This document shows positions 50,101 to 64,000 of a DNA stretch of 64,000 nucleotides, one piece after another. Within the stretch, counting starts at the first letter, position 1, and the number at the start of each line of letters is the position of its first letter. Origin of the DNA: Octopus bimaculoides (lineage: Eukaryota). Location of the stretch: the NCBI RefSeq assembly GCF_001194135.2, contig NC_068999.1, positions 54,245,345 through 54,309,344 of the forward strand. The letters are read 5' to 3'. Made by a program: the position numbers and the translations under genes. Below the pieces are notes generated by a model that searched no databases, was not told the origin of the DNA, and saw nothing but the letters and a program-made list of their open reading frames with translations.

Positions 50101-51787
50101 CAAAATAAAGTAGTCATTCTGACCCTTGGCTAGTTAAGTTGTCAAGTTAATCCCTTCAGCAAACACAGGGGTTGAATCAAGCCAGCAAGAAAGCACCCAC
50201 TCCCCATCCCACTTGATCTTTTGACCTGCTAAGAATAGCAGTAAAATTACCCTCAAAATCTCACTCTCTAATCTTCATAAGGAAAGGCAGGGATGGGACA
50301 GATACAACCAAAGCATCTTTGATAAAAAAGACTTGTTCAATCAGAGCGAAGCAACAACAACAGGAATCCATATTTACCTTTCATCTCCCCTACCCCACCG
50401 CTTATCTGTTCTTGTTTAACTTCAAACCAGCCTGACTGAACAGATTCATCATCAAAGGAGTCCCAGATGTAACTATTCAGTCATTTTATTATATGAAGGA
50501 CAACAATGTCTAATGTGTCCTTCCTTTAAGATTGTAAGCTGCAATTCGATGGTAATTTGGTTGTTGTTTCTACGAGGTCAAGCAATTGTGTATTAGTCCT
50601 TCCATTAATATTGTTGAATCGATTCAATTGACTAAAACGCCTGCTTCCAAAACTGTGGCTCTTGTGGTGCCATCAATGTAAGAAACTATTATTGTTGTTT
50701 ATTCTATTGAATAATTAACTCAGTGTTTGCTGCCAAATACTAAACCATTCACCAGACTTTCAGACAAATTCAATATTGAAGTTGGATTCTCCAGAGAACC
50801 ACACAGTGGCAGCAGCAGCAAGTTTCCAAACATAAACACAAAAACCAATGAGCTTCAATGTGGTTGTGCAACCTGCAAGAATTAGCAGCTAAATCTCCCT
50901 CAAATCTTAAAAAGTGAATGAGACATTGCACAATGTAGTCTTAGATATACAAGAAGGATGGTCATAACTGGAGAGTCTTTGGTCATAGACATTATTCATA
51001 AAGCCTAACTGAGGGTTAAACAACAACAAAATGACAAGCAAAACAGCTTTCATAGAGCTATTAGCTGCACAAGGCAAGAGGACATCAGGTACAAAGAGGG
51101 ATTTTGTACCTCATGTCCTCTTGAGGTACATGTAAAGTAAAATTATGTGTTTCTATATAAATACACACATATATATACATATATACACATGCATACATGT
51201 TAATTAGAAGTCTGACTACAAAGATGAAACTTGATGTTTTTCGAAATATGTTTTGACATAAAGATAAAAACTAATTAAGCTGCTAGATATTTTCAAGTAA
51301 CAAACTAAATTAATTGATATTGTGTATGTACAGTGTTCTAACATTGACATGTTTTAAATCTATTTGAAAGTCTGACAGAGAATATGGTACATTCAATAGT
51401 TTCAATGAATAAGGAATTTTATCACTATCAATTTTGCAAAGGTCAACTTTGCCTTTCATCTTTCTGAGAACAAAGAAATAAGTACTAGCTAAGCATTGAG
51501 GGCTAATGAAATCAATTAAACCCTTCCCCCAAAATTCTAGGCTTTGTGCCTATAGCAGAAAAGGATTATTACAATTATTAAGGCAGTGAACTGGTAGAAC
51601 TGTTAGCGCATCAGACAAAATGCTTGGCAGCATTTCTCCCAGCTCTTTGCACTCTGATTTCAAATTGTCAAGATCGACTTTGCTTTTCATAAAATAGATA
51701 CCAGTTGAATATTGATATCCATGTAAATTAACTTGCCTCCTCCCCTAAATTTGCTGGCTTTGTGCCAAAATTTGAAACAATCATTAA

Positions 51788-52007
51788 CTCTTTAGCATTC
51801 AGATTACTCTGTCAAGTATAATACATTTTCATTCATATTGTTTTGAATTAATCATGCAACATCTTGTAGCCTTCAGGTTTCAATAATGGGAAGGTTTAAT
51901 TTTTGAAATAACATTGTAGGATAGGTGTGAGAAGCCAGATCTGGCTAGTTGACCATAAAACAAGTAGAATATTTGGGCCAGATATGGCCGGTTTAAATGC
52001 TAAAGAG
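51788..52007. mobile_element. piggyBac-like MITE, same family as 5612-5831
   Basis: TTAA-CTCTTTAGCATT...AATGCTAAAGAG-TTAA, with TTAA on both sides. Confidence 0.75.
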
Positions 52008-53976
52008 TTAAGGCAGCAAACTGGCAGAATTAGCAACGTTTCTTCCAGTTCTTTAAAGCTTGCAGTGGTCAACTTTGCCTTTCATCTTTCTTTGGTCAAT
52101 GAAATAAGTTCCAGTTGATAACAGGGATCTGTTATCAACTGGAACTGACTTAACCCTACTCCTAAATTTGATGGAATTGTGCCAAATTTTCAAACTATTC
52201 CTCCTCCTCCTCCACCACCACCACCACCACCATCATCATCATCATTAAGGTGGCAAGCTAGCAGAGTTGTTAGCATGCTGGGCAAAATGCTTGGTGGCAT
52301 TTTGTTCGTCTTCACGTTCTAGGTTCAAATTCTTCTGAGGAGCATATTGCCTTTCATCTCTGTCATGTTCAATAAAATAAATACCAGCCAAGTATTCAGG
52401 TTGATGTAATCTGATCGATTAGCCCCATCCCTCAAAACTTCAGGCTTTGTGCCTATGGTAGAAAGGATCATCATCATCATCATCATCATCATCATTTTCA
52501 CTTACTGGTTTCAGTCATTGGACTGTGGCCATGCTGGGGCACCACCTTGAAGGATTTAGTTGAACAAATCAACGCTAGCTCTTATTTTTAAGCCTGATAC
52601 TTATTTCATTGGTAACTTTTGCCAAACTGCTGAATTATAAGGATGCAAACTAACTAACACCGTTTGTCAAGCAATGATGAGAGACGACACATACACATAT
52701 ATATGTACACACATACACAACAGGCTTCCACACAGTTTCTGTCTACCAACTTCACTCATGAGTTACTGGTTGGCTTTGGGCTATAGTAGGAGACACTTAC
52801 CCAAGGGTGCTGTGTAGTGAAATTGAACACACGACTATGTGGTTGCAAAGTGAGCGTCTTAACTAAAGAGACATGCGTGATTGTTATTGACATTACTAGC
52901 ATTATTGCTTATTTATTGAAAAATGTTAGAAAATAACAACCAGCATCACCACTGCCACCACCACCATTAACATCATCATCATCATCATCACAGTAGATTT
53001 AACACAGAAGTTTAATCACAGGGCACCAAACACAACAACCGAACTGAATTGAAGCTAAAGAGTTTAGCCATTAAAGGGAGGGGTGATGGGGGTGGGGAAG
53101 CAACAGCAAGTGAAGAGTGTGGTAGTGGTGGTGGTGGTGGTGGTGGTGGTGGTGGAAAGATGAAGATAAAAGTTGATAAATCAATAATATTCCATTGCTG
53201 TTCGACACCAGATTTATAGTTGCTTTTATTGATGGAGGTGGTCTTCCCTCAATCCTCATCTACTTTCATATCTTTTATCTTTTAATCATTTCAGTCATTG
53301 GACTGTGGCCATGCTGAACAAATTGAACGCTGGGGCTTATTTTGAAGCCTGGTAGCTAATCTATTGGTCTCTTTTTTGTTGAACCGCTAAGTTACAGGGA
53401 GTAAACAAACAAATACCATTTGCGAAGTGGTGGGGGGAGGGAAACACACACATACACACACACACGAATATAAGAGGAAAGGAAGAAGTTAAACAACAAG
53501 AGAGAAGGGTTCAACAAAACCAACCTTGTCCTCCACCAACATTGCCATGCCAGTCAATGCCATCGACTCTTCTATGCAAGACTTGGTCTACAGAGTCATC
53601 AATGCCATCGCCATAAAGGAAGCGTTCAGCAAAGAAGGAACTAAATTCTTGGATACAAGATAAAGCCACTGACAACAATATATATATACATATAATGGTA
53701 TCATTACATCGTCCCACACCCACTAGGGAGCAGGGCAGAATGAAGCTGAAATGATTGTTGTGCTAATAAATGCTTCTAGTTACACTCTGTCTTCCATAGT
53801 AATCATTTCAAATATACCCTACGTGCACCTCAGAATTACGGACACAGATCCAACGATGAATGCACAGTATCAGACTGGATCCTGGTTCGCCAGTCGTCAG
53901 TCAAATTATGCTAGCATGGAAAGTGGACGTTAAACGACGACGATGATGATGATGATGATGTGTGTGTGTGTGTGTA

Positions 53977-54058
<82 letters not shown>

Positions 54059-54358
54059 TATGACAGTGTATGTAAACGTGTGTGTGTGTGTGTGTGCTTG
54101 GTTATGCATGAGAATTACATTTTTAGAGCAATACAAACCATTAGAGTAAAGAACCATTTGAAAGAGAGAGAAGAATAGGGTGGATAACTGTAGGACATTA
54201 GCAGATGATAGGTGTGTGAGTAGTTAATTACACCCACACATAGTGATTAGTCAGTTATGTTGATAAAATAAAAGAAATGGGGATGGAAGTGGATATGTAA
54301 ACATTGTAACACTTTAGAGCCAAACACAGCTGGTAAAGTGAAGCTGCCTATCTCTGCT

Positions 54359-54397
<39 letters not shown>

Positions 54398-54809
54398 TAT
54401 GGGAAGAGAGAGAAAGAAAATGATGTATGTCTATCTTGCTATGTGCATATGCCTTGTATTTATATATATATGTATATATCATGTGCATCTACATATGTGT
54501 GTGTGTGTGTGTGTATGCGTACATACATAGATACAGACAGACAGATATGCATGCATGCATGCATACATACATCTGTTTGTCCATGTGAACTTGTGACTGT
54601 GTTGAGTTTGGACATGTGTTTGCTTTCCCCGATGCATGCGTGCATGTGTGTGTGGTTTTTATAGTTGTACATGTGTGTGCATTTGGTGTGTACTTGTACG
54701 TCTGTGTTTGACTGTATGTACTTTTAAATGCATGCTGTTGATGCGCTGAGTGTGTTTTCCCATTAGTTTTCTCTGGAGGGGAAAGCAGTGTCCATGCCCT
54801 TTGCAAGCC

Positions 54810-55260
54810 CTCTGAGGCCTGAGCTCGATGCTGTTTATGCTGTTAAAATATTCTAGTAGTTGATAACTACGGCAGAGTTCATGTGAAGGAAGTGAATTGT
54901 AGAGGGCCAACACAGAGAGAGGAGGAAGGATTGGGTGTTGGGGTCAGTGTGGCACCAGTGGAGTGGGGGACACAACAAGAACAATGAAAGGAGGAAAGAC
55001 AAGTAGAAGTGGAACAAAATCAGCCAACTCCAAAGAACACAAGCCATTGTAGTCATAGTAGAAAAGGCAGAGAAATGACACAGTAGACTTGTGGGCAAGA
55101 AGATGGAGTATCTGTGAGTGACTTCCTGCCTATCAATTGAGTTGACTTTCTCTAGCGGTGGTGGCAGCGGTGCTTGAGGATGTCTGTACGTTTAAACAGC
55201 TGCACCGTTCCAGATGTAGACACAGTACTCCATTATAGCTTTAACATGAGCTTTGCAGAG
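54810..55260 (-). mobile_element. CR1/L2-clade LINE 3' fragment, degraded
   Basis: Minus strand begins LCKAHVKAIMEYCVYIWNGAA (family pattern LYKAxIRPxMEYCSxIWxG), followed by a degraded C-terminal region. Confidence 0.6.
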
Positions 55261-58200
55261 TGTATGTGGTTGTTTTTTTTTGGGGGGGGGGGTAATATTT
55301 CCTGGCTTTGAAGAGGAAAACTAGTCTTTGTGATGCAGACTCTGCTATGATAAAGATGCATATCTTTCTATGTATTTATGAGTGGGGGGGGGGGGCGTGT
55401 GTGAGCATGTTTGTCCATGCCTCTGTGTGTGTGTGTGTGTGTGTGTGTCTTTGTCATGTGTATCTGTTTTCGTCATTGTGTTTGTGGGTGAGTGTATTTG
55501 ACTAAGTGAGCAAGTACTTGACCATGTGTGCTTGTCTATATATGTATGTGTGCGTGTCCATGTGTGTGTGCTTGTCCATGTATGTGTGACTGTCCATGTA
55601 TGTGTGACTGTCCATATGCTTATATGTCTATCTATGTTTGTGTGTATTTGTCCACATGTTTGTGTTCTTATCTGTGTGTGTGTGTGTGCTTGTCCATGTA
55701 TGTGTTCTCATCAGTGTGTGTCCATCTATGTAAGTATGTGTTCGTCTATGAGTGTGTTTATCGATGTGTAGGATGTTTGCCATATGTTCATCCAGTTGTA
55801 CCTGTTAAACTCTGTGTGTGTGTATGTGTGTGTGTGTGTGTGTATGATGCTCACGCATGCACATATGTATGCATAGGTCCATGTATATGTTTCCATCAGT
55901 GAATAAACGTGTGTGTGTGTCTGTCTGTTCATGCACACAAATGTCCCCATCCTAGAAGACTACATGGTTCAAAGCAAGAGAAGAAATAAGGGATATCAGA
56001 GTAAACCAGGAATAGGACACTAAAGGTAAGCTAAGATCTGTAGAAGGTTTATATATTGACTTTACATCAACCCCATTACTCAACTGGTACTTTATCCACA
56101 CCGAAAGGATAAAAGCAAAGTCAATCTCAGTGGAATTTGAACTCAGATCATGAAGATAGAGGCAATGCCGCTAAGCATTTTGCCTGACATACTAACAGTT
56201 CTGCCAGCTCAACACCTTAGGAAGATTTATATATTACAAACTGCTGTGCATGAGTATGGCTGTGTAGTCAAAATGTCTGCTTACCAGAAATGACATTTTA
56301 AACAAGTATCTTCTAGTGTTCTCTTGGACTGGTCAAAGCCTTAAATCAAATCCAGAAGATTAAACTGTGGGAAAGACCCCTTTATACATTATAAATATGT
56401 GTGTGAGTAAGTGAATATATTTTCCACTGAACGCCCTTTTTACCTCCACTTTTTCCCTGTACACCTTCTCATTCTACCAATGGCAGCCCTCACTACCTAT
56501 GTTCGTCTCCCACCATTTCCAACCCTATGTACTGCTGACCTTATCCCAGACAGTGTACAACCCTTGCACACTTCCACATCACCTGTGCTGCCTCCTATTG
56601 CCTCCGCATTCCCTCCTCTCCAAAAGTGCTATTTACCACTGACCATGCCTCAACACAGATTTACCATTCACTGCATTTGCCTCTACTTTCATCTGCATTT
56701 ACCCGCCACTCACCTTTCACACCCCTGCAAACTTACCTATCCATCCACTCAGTCCAATTCTCTGGACCACTTATATTCATCTTCTTGTAACTTGAGGGTG
56801 CACCTTGACACCTCTTTACCACAACCTTTCTTTCCTAAATGGGGTAGCCATGTAGTTCTTCTACAACAAGTCAGCTGTTTCTATCCCATTATCACACTAT
56901 AAGCCTTCATGACCTAGCATAAAGCCAACTATCTATCACCTGTTAAGGAGTCATGCCTTGCAAATTACTTGGGGACCTCACTAGTGTTAGTGTCATGTAA
57001 AAAGTACCCAGTATACTCTGTAAAGTGCTTGGCATTAAGAAGTGCATCCAGCAATAGAAACCAAGCCAAAGCAGACGTTCGAGTTTCAGCCAATCAGCCT
57101 CGTTGATTGGCTCTTGACAAATCATGTAATTTATGCCTCTACAGAGATCAGGCATTAAATGATGATGATGATGATATACATGTACGTGTGTATGTAAACT
57201 GTATGTATTTGCGTGGACGTTCATACGTGTGTGTATAATTGAAATGACAAAGTCTGGAGAAGGGAGATAACTATGTAAAGGGACATAACTCAGGTCAACT
57301 TAGCCATTTAATGCATGGGGAGTGTTAAAATAAATTAACCCTAAACCGGAATTAATATTTATGACCCAAACCTTTGAAAGTTATATTCGAACATGGTCAG
57401 AGACCAATAACTGAAACCATAAGATCTTTCTGGTTTGCTACCTAATACATGCCTGAAGCTACATATTGTAACTTCCTTGAATCGTGATTCTGCATTACAT
57501 GTGAGTTTTAGCTCATGTAATGATGGACAGACATGGAAATTTGTCAAGTCAGGCAACACATGGAAAAAGGATGCAAGCTGGTCTGAGTGAAGAACTTCAC
57601 TCAACAATACAACTTTTCACTCAGTTCAGGAACTGAACCAACAACTTTATGAGTGTGAGTTCAAATCTCTAATAATCAGAGATTGTACCTTTACAAACTT
57701 TTACATGTTTCAGTCATTGAACTACTGCCATGCTAGTACACTGCCTTTAGGAGTTTAGTTGAACAAATAGACCAAAACACTTATTTTTTTTAAAAAATCT
57801 TTTATTTCTTCTATCTATCTCTTTTACTGGAGATGTAAACAAACTGACACTGGCTATGAAAGGTGAGGTAAGGGACAAACACACACACACACACACACAC
57901 AAATATATGTATAGGCACAGGCGTGGCTGTGTGGTAAGAAGCTTGTTTCCCAACCATATGGTTCCAAGTTCAATCTTGCAGTGTGGCACCTTAGGCAAAT
58001 GTCTTCTACAATAGCCTCAGGCCAACATGTGGATCTTGTGAGCAGATCTGATAAGACAGAAACTGAAAGAAGCCTGTTGTGTGTGTGTGTGTGTCCACTC
58101 ACCATTGTTGGTGAGCTTACGTCCCTGTAACTTAGCAGTTTAGCAAGAGAGACCAATAGAATAAGTACCCGGCTTCACAAAAGATAAGTACTAGGGTTGA

Positions 58201-59278
58201 GTAATTCAACTAAAAATTGTTGGTGGTACCCCAGCATGGTTACAATCTAATGACTAAAACAACTAAAAGATAAAATATATGACAGGCTTCCACACAGTTT
58301 CTGCCAACCGAATTCACTGACAAGGCATTGATTGATCCAGGACTAGAGCAGAAAACACTTGCCCAAGGAGCAGCACAGTGGGATTGAACCTGAAAGCTCA
58401 TGGTTGCAGAACAAGCTTCTTAACCACACAGCCATGCCTGTTCCAGCATCTACACAATAATATTAATAATTTCTCGTACAAAAACTGTATTTAGCTCGAT
58501 TTTATTATATTCTGAGTTCAAATTCTGCCAGAATCAACTCTGATTTTTACTCTCTTGAGGGATGATTAAAGTTTACAGTCATGCAGTCACCAATTCAATC
58601 AGATATGCATACATAGATACACACCCCTATAGAAATGTTGGCCGACAGCCAATGTTTTGTTTTAAAAACAAAATTAATTCCTACACAGGCAATAAACAAA
58701 AAATACCGATATAGCAACAACTACAACAATAACATTGCCAATAATGATAAACAACATAAACAACAGAGTCTGCCATTTGCCCAGCTATCCTTATCACAAA
58801 TTCAGAAACTGATCAATCGACTCCATACTTCTAAATAGTTTGAGAATATTGCTTTCTTTTATTATTGTGAAAACTTTCGCTACAATACAGAACTATCCTT
58901 CTACTACCACATGCATGTGCATGCACACACACACACACACACACACACAAAACCAGCCTTCTACCACCATGTGTATACATAAAACCAGCCTCCTGTCACC
59001 ACACATATATACACACACACTCACAGAGTTAGTACAGACAGCTTTTAATATGCAGCAAGAATCCTTTTGCTTGCAAACATGGCTGAAGGCACTCAACATA
59101 CTTTATCCACAGAAGTGCCGGCACCAACACCGACCTCACTACCACTGCTACCACCATCCAGTGCATATTGTTTCTTGTGGCCAATGGAATTTCTCTGGTT
59201 CTCATATTCCAGTGCGACAGACCATAGTCTTTGCATGGATTGGCTGCACTCTTGTTTACTGCGTCAGTGCACTTGAGA

Positions 59279-59313
<35 letters not shown>

Positions 59314-60600
59314 TTAATACTACTGATAGTATAATTATTATTATTATTATTATTATTGGTGGTATGGGTGTTGCCAACCAACAATACTTGTACATTGCTT
59401 CACTGCACATTCACTACTTGCCTTAACCAGCATAACAATAAAAATTTTGATGATGGTGGTGATGGCGGTATGGATGATGATGATGGTGATGATGATGATG
59501 ATGAGGAGGAGGAGGAGGCTAATCATAGCAACAATAATGATGGCACTGATATGATGATGATGATGATGACAATGACAACAACAGTGAGGATGACGATGGT
59601 GGTGGTGGTGGTGGTGGTGGTGATCACAAGGATGAAAGGAATAACAATCATGATGATAGTGTTGATGATCATCAACAACAATCCATCACTATTATGACTA
59701 TGATGATGATGATGATGATGATGATGACGATGACTACGATGATGATGACGACAATGCTGGTGATGAATTATTTATTTTGCCAGAAGTTTGCCAAAGGGAA
59801 CAACATTACAAAAATGAAATAAGAATACAATCAAGGAAAGAGGTTACAGAGATTAGATTAAAAGAAGAAAAAGAATTCTTTTCTAATTGTGACAATGACA
59901 ATATCGGTGGAGTGGTGGTGGTGGTGGTGGTGGTGGTGCCAACGACAACAATGACATTGATAATGGAGTAATGGTGATGATGACAACATTGAAAATAGAA
60001 ACGGTGGTGGTGGTGGTGGTGCCCGTCTCAGAATGATGAAAGCAAAAGCTGACCCCAGCAAGATGTGAGTGTAGAGTATAAAAAGAATCTAACTAAACAC
60101 CACAATAATAATGGGTTTCAAATTTTAGCACAGGGCCAGCAGTTTTTGAGAAAATGGAGTAAGTTGGTTACATCAACTCCAGTACTTGACTGGTACTTAT
60201 TTTAATCAGCTCTGATTAGCCACTGCCTGATACTGCATCAGGGCATATTGTTATTATTATTATCATTATTGAAGGCTGTAAGCTGACAGACTTGTTACTA
60301 TACCAGTCAAAAGGTTTAGAGGCATTTCTTCAAGCTTTATGCCAGAAGAAATGCTTCTGGATTCAAATGCTGCCAAGTTCAACTTTGCCTTTCATCCTTT
60401 AGGGGTTGATAGAATAAGTAACAGTTGAATATGGAGGTAGTGGTGTAATCAACTTAACCCTCCCCTCAAAATTGTTGACCTTTTACCAAAATCAGAAAGA
60501 ATTATGATTATTATTAATAACATTAGTATTACTACTAGTAGCAGTATTTTTATTATTATTATTATTATTATTATTTTATTATTATTACTATTATTTTTAG

Positions 60601-60631
<31 letters not shown>

Positions 60632-61115
60632 TCAGACACTATCACAAAGACACACATTTGGGTGCAGTAAAAAAGGTCCAGTTGATTAAATCGACCCCCA
60701 GTACATAAGTAGTACTTATTTTACCAACCCTCGAAGGAAGAGAGGCCAAAATTGAACCCAGTTGGATGAGAACACAGAAAAAACAAATATTAATGACAAC
60801 AATTTATGGAAGAAAAACAACTGAAAATAAGAATTGATGAACTGAAAGAGCAAAAACATCTACTTTAATTATATTTTAATTAAAATGTAATTTTTCCCTG
60901 CTAGGGAGGAGCACCAGCAGTTAGAACATCACCTCTTACCCAACTGCCAATATATCAATAAACGATCAACATACATCATGAAATATTCAAATAAATAATA
61001 TATGCACACACTCATATTCTGTGTGCGTGTGTATGTGTGTAAATATACACATATATATATATTTTTACCCACACAGAAAACAAACCATTATATAGATATA
61101 TATATATATACACAT

Positions 61116-61146
<31 letters not shown>

Positions 61147-61529
61147 CACACACACTCGCACAAACATACACACACAATATTGGAAAAAAGACTATTGGAT
61201 TTGTGCCAAATTAGAATTCCTTAAGCACATAAATCACTAGATTTCCAAGACACTAGAACATTTCTTCTCACAGCACACAGACATTCCTCAATTTTCCTTT
61301 TTTATATTTATTAACTTTCAAACAAAACCAATATTAAAATATATAAAAATAAATGTATATATATTTTATCTTGCACTTGTTTCAGTCACTAGATCTGGAA
61401 CAATGAAAGGCAAAAGTCTACTACAGCAAGTTTTGAACTCAAAATTTAAAAGGTTGTAACAATACCACAAAATCATTTTATTAACATCATTGATACTAGA
61501 ATCAGTAGCATTCTGAACAAAATTACCTG

Positions 61530-61700
61530 ATGGTCAAGCCTGTGGCAGTGGAGACCTCCAGTGTTCTTGGCCCTCAGACCCTATCCTGGCTCGCTGCTAT
61601 TATGGTGGGGATGGCTGTCTGCAAGCCACAGGAACCAGGGTGACTGTTCCAGTAGGTCTCCCTCACCTTTTCTATTCTGTCTGCTGGGACCATGAGGCAG
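61530..61700 (+). mobile_element. Restriction-like-endonuclease (RLE) non-LTR retrotransposon 3' fragment
   Basis: VKPVAVETSSVLGPQTLSWLAAI...PQEPG*LFQ*VSL resembles the C-terminal F.P.A.ET.G..GP....WL.QRIS pattern of CRE/NeSL/HERO-type elements. Confidence 0.55.
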
Positions 61701-62276
61701 TCTGACTTACAGGAAACTACATTCCACTCCTTAATGGAAAGTTATTCCATATATAATATATATGTATTTCTATTTAAAACAAAATTTACCACTAAACTTT
61801 ACTTTTCATATTTAATGAGTTTGTACTGGGTTACCACGAGAGAATGATCTGGCATCTACATTATAAATACTTCTTCACTCTATGAATAGCAAAATCAGTA
61901 GAGCAGAAGACAAAATGTTTTATAGTACTTAGTTACATTTCTTTCAGTTCTGAGTTGAACTCAAGGCAAGTGTCATTTTGCCCTTCAAACTGCCATGAGG
62001 CTTCATAAAATAAAAGCCACTTAAATACTGCAGTTGATATAATCAACTGCTCCTTCTTTCAGAATAAAAGCATCATTATCTTTTATCTTTTACTGGTTTC
62101 TGTCATTGGACTGCAGCCTTGCTGGGGCATCACCTTGAAGAGTTAGTCAAATAAATCAACCACAGGATCTATTTCTTAAGCAAGGTATTTACCCTAACTT
62201 ACGGGAATGCAAACAAACCAGCGTCAGTTGGTCAGGGACAAATATATACACAAAAATACACACAGACATATATATA

Positions 62277-63157
62277 CAGGGTGCGATGGGTAAATTGTTG
62301 CCATTTTATATTTTTTATTTCGCACATGCGCATTGTGTGTTTTTCATTTTGTAGACAACACAGTATAGTAGGGTCAGTTGGGCACTGTCTGTGAGAAAAA
62401 CAGCACCATGATGCAATTCACTCTGCCAGAAATTCGGAAACAACATGAAGTACTGCTTGGCATTCATGCCAGAAGCTCCAGTACAAACAGGTGGTGAACA
62501 CACAGAACAACCGTTGACTTGCCATGTCCCCAAAACATGTTCCGAGAGTGATAAAAACCAAACATCCAGTCAACATCATGGTGTTTGGAGTGATCACTAG
62601 TGATAGTGATGTTAAGCCTCCATTCATCTTCCCACATGGCCTCAATTTCAACACAAAGGCCTACATCAAGTGCCTGGAGGAGGTAGTGCTGCCCTGGGTC
62701 AAGAGGGTGGCTGCTGGAAGACCCTGTGTCTGGCAACAGGACTCTGCACCATGCCACACAAGCAGGAGAACCCAGTCATGGCTGAGATAATTTCTGTGAC
62801 CACATCATCCCTAACATCTGGCCACCTAACTCCTCAGACTGCAACCCCCTTGATTATTATGTGTGGGGTGCAGTTGAGCAAGATACCAACAAAACTCCTT
62901 GTAACACCAAAGATGAATTGAAGGCAATGATTATGGCAGCATTCACCAACTTAAATAAAAAGACTGTCCAGAAGAGTTGCAGGAGATTCTGAAGTTGCCT
63001 GGAGGCCGTGGTCGAAGCCGGTTGCGATTTTATTGAATAGATTTACTCTGTAGTATTTCAAAATACTTTTATGTAATTTTGGTAAACATATCTGTTAAAA
63101 TGAGATGTCAGTGTTATTTTAAATTTTGCATAATTTAGACAACAATATATTCACTAC

Positions 63158-63163
<6 letters not shown>
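62277..63163 (+). mobile_element. Tc1/mariner DD37D (maT-like) element, internally deleted
   Basis: TA-flanked imperfect TIRs cagggtgcgatgggtaaattgttgcc / gacaacaatatattcactacacccta. KHPVNIMVFGVITSD...WQQDSAPCHTSRRTQSW, then after a frameshift NFCDHIIPNIWPPNSSDCNPLDYYVWG. Restoring the frame gives 37 residues between the second and third Asp. Confidence 0.85.
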
Positions 63164-63235
<72 letters not shown>

Positions 63236-63914
63236 TCTATATATGAGGGGGCTTCTTTCAGTTCCCATCATCAAAGTCTACTCACAAGGCTCTGTTCAGT
63301 GCAGGGCTGTAGTAGAAGACACTTGCCCAAGGTCTACACAGTGGGACCATGGACCATGTGTTTGGAAAGCAAACTTCTTACCACACAATCACAACTGCAC
63401 CTATATATTAAATTGCATTTTCCAGAAAACATTACTATTATTAGCCTCCTCCTCATTATTATAGCTAAGTACATAACCATACATACATACGTGTATATAT
63501 ATAGAGATAGATAGATAGATAGAGATAGAGAGAGAAAGAGAAAGAGAGAGAGAGAGACATATATACATTCATATACCAATATATCATATACAAATATATA
63601 TATACCTATATATGTATACATACAGATATCTAAATACACATAGATATATGCATATATTCATACAGATTAACTTATACTAAAAGTACAATACAGGAACAAA
63701 AAAAAAAAACCTTATTGCACCAGTAATTAGTTTTATTTATATTCATAGCAGTTTTCGATTTTTTCTTCTTTTTCATTTTCTGTTTTTGATTAAGACACAT
63801 TTCTTCATAATTAGTTTTTCAGTGACTGCCCACTTGTGAGGATACTTGCAAAACTCATCATTACAATACATAATTACACTCTACTTTTGTATTCAGGACA
63901 AAAGTATATATACA

Positions 63915-64000
<86 letters not shown>

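Noticed and set aside
1-64000. CRISPR arrays, operons, prokaryotic defence or other multi-gene systems
   Set aside because: The window is spliceosomal-intron-containing animal DNA. The tandem repeats have no unique spacers, and no second intact protein-coding gene was found.

Overview
Eukaryotic, AT-rich, microsatellite- and SINE-dense draft-assembly DNA with five N-gaps. The repeat landscape looks like an octopus/coleoid cephalopod genome (inference only). The dominant feature is a minus-strand, multi-exon type II diacylglycerol kinase gene (DGK delta/eta/kappa family). I reconstructed 17 consecutive GT-AG exons between 31946 and 3399 (1951 nt) with mutually compatible phases. They encode the C-terminal part of the PH domain, two C1 domains, the catalytic subdomain (GGDG, GTGNDL motifs) and the long Ser-rich linker. 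The accessory-domain and SAM exons must lie left of the window. I could not find the two N-terminal PH exons. A candidate first exon in a CpG-rich region at 46187-46260 is phase-incompatible with the first PH exon found. Introns are filled with SINEs, Tc1/mariner, Tigger, hAT and piggyBac-like MITEs, and RTE-, CR1/L2-, RLE- and Penelope-type retroelement remnants. I see no evidence for a new multi-gene system. The most interesting observations are local: a tandem duplication of a C1-domain exon splice acceptor that creates a potential poison splice, an orphan first exon with missing PH exons, and several long intronic fold-back structures that would form dsRNA in the pre-mRNA.
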